Below are positions 59,372-64,000 of a stretch of DNA of 64,000 nucleotides, one piece after another (the stretch's first letter is position 1; every line of letters begins with the position of its first letter). The translations under genes were made by a program, and so were the position numbers. Location: positions 20,835 through 84,834 of the forward strand of contig DBQE01000009.1 in the NCBI GenBank assembly GCA_002305085.1, written 5' to 3'. The DNA comes from Bacteroidales bacterium UBA1402 (GTDB lineage Bacteria; Bacteroidota; Bacteroidia; Bacteroidales; UBA1402). The notes beneath the pieces were generated by a model. That model saw nothing but the letters and a program-made list of their open reading frames with translations, was not told the DNA's origin and made no database searches.

Positions 59372-59380
59372 TTACGGAGC

Positions 59381-59968
59381 ATGCTACAAATCGATAAAAC
59401 CATCGTCAGCCTCGATATAATCAATCAAACGTTTTGCTGCGACCTGAACAAATGCAAAGGCAGGTGTTGTGTGGAAGGGGTGTCGGGTGCTCCGCTGGAA
59501 GAAGACGAAATTGCCGAACTGGAAAAGGCTCTACCCGCAGTATGGGACGAACTTTCGCCCCGAGCCCGTCAACTCATTAACGAACAGGGAGTTTGTTACA
59601 AGGATGCTTCGGGCGAAACCGTTACTTCCATCGTAGACGGTAAAGATTGTGTCTTTACTTATTACGATGAAAAGGGCGTTTGTTATTGTGCTCTTGAAAA
59701 GGCCTGGAGAGAAGGTAAAAGCTCATTTATCAAACCCGTCTCCTGCCACCTCTACCCCATAAGACTTTCCAAACTGACTTCCGGAGTCGTTGCTCTCAAT
59801 TACCAACAATGGCATGTCTGTGTTCCCGCCCTGGCCAAAGGAAAAACTTTAGGCTTGCCGATTTATCGCTTTCTCAGGGAGCCCTTAATCCGTAAATTCG
59901 GACAGGACTGGTACGATCAGCTCTGCGAAGCCGCCAAAATGCTCGAGGATTATCCCCGGGATGTTTAA
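59381..59968 (+). CDS. Cys-rich protein of unknown function (DUF3109-like)
   Basis: 195 aa with a CCDLNKCKGRCC cluster and further conserved Cys residues. 9 nt after gpmI. The family name is from memory. Confidence 0.6.
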   Translation: MLQIDKTIVSLDIINQTFCCDLNKCKGRCCVEGVSGAPLEEDEIAELEKALPAVWDELSPRARQLINEQGVCYKDASGETVTSIVDGKDCVFTYYDEKGVCYCALEKAWREGKSSFIKPVSCHLYPIRLSKLTSGVVALNYQQWHVCVPALAKGKTLGLPIYRFLREPLIRKFGQDWYDQLCEAAKMLEDYPRDV

Positions 59969-60427
59969 TTACCGACTCCTACCCCTTTTACGGTTATTGT
60001 TCGGATTTGTTTTTTCTCTGATTTTATCCCAGGCATAAGTGCCGGCTTTTTGCCGTTCGGAACTGTTTATATCCAACGTTTTAAACGATAAAATATGCAC
60101 GGTGACCCCCAGAGCGATCAAGAGTAATAAAATTTTAAGCCAACAAATTTCCAGAAAAAAAAGAACTGCAATCAGGATGCTTATCCACAACAAAACAACC
60201 GAGAATATTTTGGTGCCCAAAGGAATCGCCTTATGTTTTCTGTAATTTTCTATATAGCGCCCTAAACAGGGATGTTGCATCAGCCAGCGGTAATAACGAT
60301 CGGAACCCTTATAGAAAAGAGAAGCGCTCAGCAACAAAAAAGGCGTGGTTGGTAAAAGCGGCAAAAAAACACCCAGTATCGCCAATGCCAAAAACAAAAC
60401 TCCCAGCACGTTATAGACAACTTTCAT
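59969..60427 (-). CDS. ybaN: YbaN/DUF454 family inner-membrane protein
   Basis: ATG at 60427; the track start 60448 is GTG. ILGVFLPLLPTTPFLLLSA matches the YbaN N-terminus. Confidence 0.75.
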   Translation of the reverse strand: MKVVYNVLGVLFLALAILGVFLPLLPTTPFLLLSASLFYKGSDRYYRWLMQHPCLGRYIENYRKHKAIPLGTKIFSVVLLWISILIAVLFFLEICWLKILLLLIALGVTVHILSFKTLDINSSERQKAGTYAWDKIREKTNPNNNRKRGRSR

Positions 60428-60447
60428 TCTTTTCCGGAATTGGAGCA

Positions 60448-60455
60448 CAAAAGTA
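60448..60455 (-). promoter_or_regulatory. -7 box (CAAAAGTA on + strand)
   Basis: 20 nt upstream of the ybaN ATG (60427). Confidence 0.4.
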
Positions 60456-60495
60456 GTTTTTTACACCGAGTCTTTAAAATTCTGGCAGAATCCTT

Positions 60496-60503
60496 TATAT
60501 TTG
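60496..60503 (+). promoter_or_regulatory. -7 box TATATTTG
   Basis: 24 nt upstream of ATG 60528. Confidence 0.5.
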
Positions 60504-60527
60504 CTCTGATCTTAACTCATTTAAATC

Positions 60528-61454
60528 ATGAAAAAACAACCGATCATATTATGTTTTTTTCTGTGGACAGCTTTGGCTGCCTTCGCACAAGAGAGAATAG
60601 ACCTGCCTTTATGGCCGGATGGAGTTCCCGAAAGTAACGGCATTACTGCCGAAGAAATCAACGAAAACAATTATTTTTCCAACGTCAGTGTTCCAGCCAT
60701 GTCGGTTTTCAAAGCTAATCCCGACAAAAATACGGGTACGGCCCTGATTATTTGTCCGGGAGGAGGCTACGCCCGGCAGGCTGCCGGACACGAAGGCTTT
60801 CAGCTGACCGGCTGGCTCAACGAAAACGGCATTACCGCCATAATCCTGAAATACCGTTTGCCCAACGGACACGATTTCATTCCTTCTAAAGACGCCTTGC
60901 AGGCCATCAGAATAGTACGAAGCAAGGCCGAAGAATGGGGAATCAACCCTTCCAAAATAGGTATTTCCGGCTTTTCGGCGGGCGGCCATCTGGCTTCGAC
61001 CGCAGGCACTCACTTCGATTACGGCAATCCCGAAGCCGAAGATCCCATCGCCCGTCAAAGCAGCAGGCCGGATTATATGATCCTCTTCTATCCGGTTATT
61101 TCCATGAAAGAGGGTGTCACACACGTCGGTTCCAAACGCAACCTATTGGGTGACAACCCAACGAAAGAACAAATGTTGGAGTATTCCAACGAACTTAAGG
61201 TAAGCGCTGAAACACCGCCAACCTTGCTGCTGCTCAGCGACGACGACAAAGGAGTAATACCGCAAAACAGCCTTGATTTTTATGCAGCGCTAAAAAACCA
61301 TAAGGTCCCCGCTGCTATGTATATTTTCCCCGAAGGGGGCCACGGCTGGGGCTACAAGGAGAGCTTCCGCTATCACCATGTCTGGCGCATCCTGATGATA
61401 GAATGGATGATGCAGCAAAAGATTCTGCCCGACATGATCAGGCAACAAAATTAA
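60528..61454 (+). CDS. Secreted alpha/beta-hydrolase (esterase/lipase type)
   Basis: 308 aa with a signal peptide. Oxyanion-like CPGGGY, nucleophile elbow GFSAGGH and a late GGHGW. Confidence 0.8.
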   Translation: MKKQPIILCFFLWTALAAFAQERIDLPLWPDGVPESNGITAEEINENNYFSNVSVPAMSVFKANPDKNTGTALIICPGGGYARQAAGHEGFQLTGWLNENGITAIILKYRLPNGHDFIPSKDALQAIRIVRSKAEEWGINPSKIGISGFSAGGHLASTAGTHFDYGNPEAEDPIARQSSRPDYMILFYPVISMKEGVTHVGSKRNLLGDNPTKEQMLEYSNELKVSAETPPTLLLLSDDDKGVIPQNSLDFYAALKNHKVPAAMYIFPEGGHGWGYKESFRYHHVWRILMIEWMMQQKILPDMIRQQN

Positions 61455-61459
61455 AGAGC

Positions 61460-63940
61460 TTACCTTTCGACTCTGCCGGCCTGTATTCTTAAATGTTGAA
61501 TCAGATTGTTGCCCTGCTGATCGTAAATACTAAGTGTGTGATTTCCGGGGGCAGGGCTGATGCTCATTTGGTGTATCCTGCGTGTATTACCTATCCACTC
61601 GTCGTCGAGATGCCAAAACAAAAGGGCATCTGCTTTGCGGTGTACCACTTCGATTACCAGCTTGCCCGGACTGCCGTCAAGCTCTCTGGGGATATACAAA
61701 CTGTATGGATTACGGGGATACAATATTTCCATCTGCTTGTATTCTTTTTCTTCACCACAGCTTTCCATAAGGGGAGGCAGGCCCCGGTAAGACGGGTGAG
61801 TTTTGCGGTAAAACCACTCCATAGCCGGCGGTAACACAAAGATTGAATCACTGCGGATAAGTTCAAGCGGATAGCAAGAGGCATTCACCCTGAATTTTCC
61901 GTCTTTGGATACATGTACCAGCCGGTGATAAGGACATAGTTCCGTTTTTGAGCCTGATGCAGGAACCATTTGCAAGCTCTTCCGGGTGCAATAACCCGAA
62001 GCTTTACAGCCACTTTCCATACATATTTCTTCCAGGTTCATCTCGCTGTCAGGCTGTTCAAACCAAGCTCCGCTCTGCGGTAATAAATCAAAAAGATCAA
62101 ACAGGGCGGGAGCGGCCGCTCTCAAGCCTGTAAGCCCGGGACGTCCCTCGCCGTCGGCATTGCCCGCCCATACGGCTACTACGTGTTCGGGAGTAGCTCC
62201 CAGGGCCCAAGCGTCGCGTAAACCAAAACTGGTTCCGGTTTTCCAGGCAATCCGCCGGCTGCTTTCAAAGTGCTTCCAGCCGCTACGTTCTCGGGGACGA
62301 TTTACTTGTCGCAAGGCTTCCATGGTGCACCATATGGAAGCAGCCGACAGTAAAGGTAAAGATTCCTCGTTTTCGGAGGCGGACTTTCGGCCTTTGCTAA
62401 CAGCATTCTTCCTTTTATTCGGGAATATTTCCGGCCAAAAGCGACTGATGTTTGTCTCATGAAATGCCTTTGTATCGCTCTTTTTTTCGGGACTATTTTC
62501 TCTGAAAAGTCGTAAAGGACGGTAATCTTCCGACGAATATTCCTGAACGGATCCAAAGCGGTTTAGTACCCTGGCCAAAGAAGCATAGGCCCCGGCCAAT
62601 TCGAGCAGGTTGCATTCTCCTCCGCCCAAAATCAGCGACAAACCATAATGCTGGGACGGATAAACAAAAGTGGTGAAACCCAGGTTTTTCAGAACATCCA
62701 GAAAACGAGCTTCTCCAAACTGATGTAGCATTTCTACAGCCGGCACATTAAGGGATTGGCTCAAGGCCTCAGAAGCCGGAACTGCCCCCTGGTAGTTAAG
62801 ATCAAAATTTTTGGGGCTGAAACCCGAAAAATTCACCGGAACATCGGCAATAAGAGTATTAGGGAGAATTTCTCCCTGATGCAGCATCGAGGCGTACAAA
62901 AATGGCTTAAGAATGCTTCCGCTGCTGCGTGGGGTCTGCACGATATCCACAAAAACATCGAGTTGAGCCACCGCGCTGATGTTGCCCGCATAGGCCAGAA
63001 TACTGTTTTGCTTTACATCGCAGACCAGGGCAGCCAAATTATGGATTTCACTTTGCTCCAGTTCTTTGCTCCGCTGTTCCAGCAAAGCGATGCATTTTTC
63101 CTGTAGCGGATAATCTATGCTTGTATAGACATTTTGGCCCGGAAACTGTTTATGGGCTTTTTCCACAACATGCAAGGCTAAACCGGGCAAAGGTAAAGGT
63201 GCCTGCGGTAGTGATTCGGCCAAAGCCAACTGATAACTAAGACTGTCAATGTGTTTTTTTTGATAAAGCTTCCCAAGTAAAGCATCCCTTTTTTGTTTCA
63301 ATTCGGCTGCGTTTCTGCCGGGATGAATCAGAGCGGGAGCATTAGGCAAAACGGCCAAAGTAGCTGCTTCGGCCCAGGACAACTTTTGATGCGGATGGTT
63401 AAAATAACGCCAGGAAGCAGCTGTGATACCCACCACATTGCCGCCGAAAGGAGCCATCCCGGCGTAAAGAGCCAAAATTTTATCTTTGGAATAACACAAT
63501 TCGAGTTTCAAAGCCATCAGAATCTCGAGGCATTTTCCGCTCAGGGTTCTGGGAGGATTATTGCGAGACATTCTGGCCACCTGCATACTCAGGGTGCTTC
63601 CGCCACTGACGATGCGTCCGGCTTTGAGATTTTGAACAAGCGCCCTGCCCAACGAAACCGGATTGACGCCCGGATGATAACGAAAATAGTTATCCTCGTA
63701 AAGAATCAGAGCCTTGACGTAATTGTCGGGGATTTCTCCCTCGGGACTAAAGCGCCACTGGCCGTCAGCGGCTATTCTTGCACCCAACAGCTCCAAATTG
63801 GCGGCATAAACCACAGTAGAGCAGGGGTACTTGAATTTAGGAAGAGGTACCAGCAAAAACAACACAACAAGCAGCAGGAACAAGCCGGTAAGTATTTTCA
63901 GCCGCTTTGTCCCTTTTGAGCTTTGGTTTTTCAAACACAT
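61460..63940 (-). CDS. pbpC: Penicillin-binding protein 1C (bifunctional-type, GT51 + transpeptidase + PBP1C C-terminal domain)
   Basis: 826 aa. GT51 motifs EDNYFRYHPGVNP and GGSTLSMQ. Transpeptidase motifs SSGSILKP (SxxK), SLN and KTGTS. Confidence 0.88.
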   Translation of the reverse strand: MCLKNQSSKGTKRLKILTGLFLLLVVLFLLVPLPKFKYPCSTVVYAANLELLGARIAADGQWRFSPEGEIPDNYVKALILYEDNYFRYHPGVNPVSLGRALVQNLKAGRIVSGGSTLSMQVARMSRNNPPRTLSGKCLEILMALKLELCYSKDKILALYAGMAPFGGNVVGITAASWRYFNHPHQKLSWAEAATLAVLPNAPALIHPGRNAAELKQKRDALLGKLYQKKHIDSLSYQLALAESLPQAPLPLPGLALHVVEKAHKQFPGQNVYTSIDYPLQEKCIALLEQRSKELEQSEIHNLAALVCDVKQNSILAYAGNISAVAQLDVFVDIVQTPRSSGSILKPFLYASMLHQGEILPNTLIADVPVNFSGFSPKNFDLNYQGAVPASEALSQSLNVPAVEMLHQFGEARFLDVLKNLGFTTFVYPSQHYGLSLILGGGECNLLELAGAYASLARVLNRFGSVQEYSSEDYRPLRLFRENSPEKKSDTKAFHETNISRFWPEIFPNKRKNAVSKGRKSASENEESLPLLSAASIWCTMEALRQVNRPRERSGWKHFESSRRIAWKTGTSFGLRDAWALGATPEHVVAVWAGNADGEGRPGLTGLRAAAPALFDLFDLLPQSGAWFEQPDSEMNLEEICMESGCKASGYCTRKSLQMVPASGSKTELCPYHRLVHVSKDGKFRVNASCYPLELIRSDSIFVLPPAMEWFYRKTHPSYRGLPPLMESCGEEKEYKQMEILYPRNPYSLYIPRELDGSPGKLVIEVVHRKADALLFWHLDDEWIGNTRRIHQMSISPAPGNHTLSIYDQQGNNLIQHLRIQAGRVER

Positions 63941-63961
63941 TCCCTATGAGCTTGCCCCGTT

Positions 63962-64000
63962 TTAGCGTTCTACTTTTACCTTAGCCCCGCCTTTTCTGGC
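63962..64000 (-). CDS. 3' end of an upstream CDS (partial, product unknown)
   Basis: The minus-strand frame is open from the window edge to TAA at 63962-63964 (...ARKGGAKVKVER*). Only 12 aa are visible. An alpha-2-macroglobulin gene often precedes pbpC, but that cannot be judged here. Confidence 0.2.
   Translation of the reverse strand, partial: ARKGGAKVKVER

Noticed and set aside
1-64000. Search for rRNA, tRNA, CRISPR arrays, IS elements/transposases, integrases and phage or defence genes
   Set aside because: Intergenic spacers are all under about 280 nt. None shows a cloverleaf-like pattern, regularly spaced repeats or terminal inverted repeats. No ORF has DDE, tyrosine/serine recombinase, nuclease-ATPase or similar hallmarks. 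Detection by eye is imperfect, so tRNAscan, Infernal and a CRISPR finder should confirm this.

Overview
The window reads as a compact, almost entirely coding chromosomal segment of a Bacteroidetes (Bacteroidales-like) genome. Four things support that assignment. About 20 intergenic TAnnTTTG -7 boxes sit 17-85 nt upstream of gene starts. One protein carries a T9SS C-terminal sorting domain. Many proteins have lipoprotein signals. The gene neighbourhoods are typical of the phylum: short GlgA+DUF4270, cvpA-suf and rimP-nusA-infB.

I call 56 CDS. They cover an alpha-glucan cluster (GH57-GT4-GDE, pgm, short GlgA), panCD, cdd, guaA, pnp and an NSS transporter. They also cover a fabH-fabK-fabF-fabZ operon, etfA plus an acyl-CoA dehydrogenase, a C26-M19 fusion peptidase plus glutaminyl cyclase, rnhB and a MATE pump. 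The rest are a lower-GC T9SS-cargo island with a membrane AraC regulator, the 11-gene rimP-nusA-infB-cvpA-sufB-pnuC-x-sufCDSE array, gpmI and pbpC. I saw no rRNA, tRNA, CRISPR array, transposase or integrase.

The best candidate for something undescribed is a membrane-embedded LytTR regulator transcribed divergently from fabHKFZ. The shared intergenic region holds four direct 9-mers phased at 20-21 bp, which is the LytTR operator architecture. This may be a fatty-acid-synthesis control module.

Other points worth a second look:
- pnuC and a small polybasic membrane ORF inserted inside the suf operon.
- A canonical intrinsic terminator in the rimP-nusA-infB leader.
- etfA-acd without etfB, with a perfect 9-N5-9 palindrome on its promoter.
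- A TAATG-coupled 44-aa MetS-like ORF after the NSS transporter, which is absent from the ORF track.
- The C26-M19 fusion coupled to a glutaminyl cyclase.

All calls rest on motif and pattern recognition by eye. No database search was run. Start codons were refined by hand where the ORF track began at TTG or GTG.
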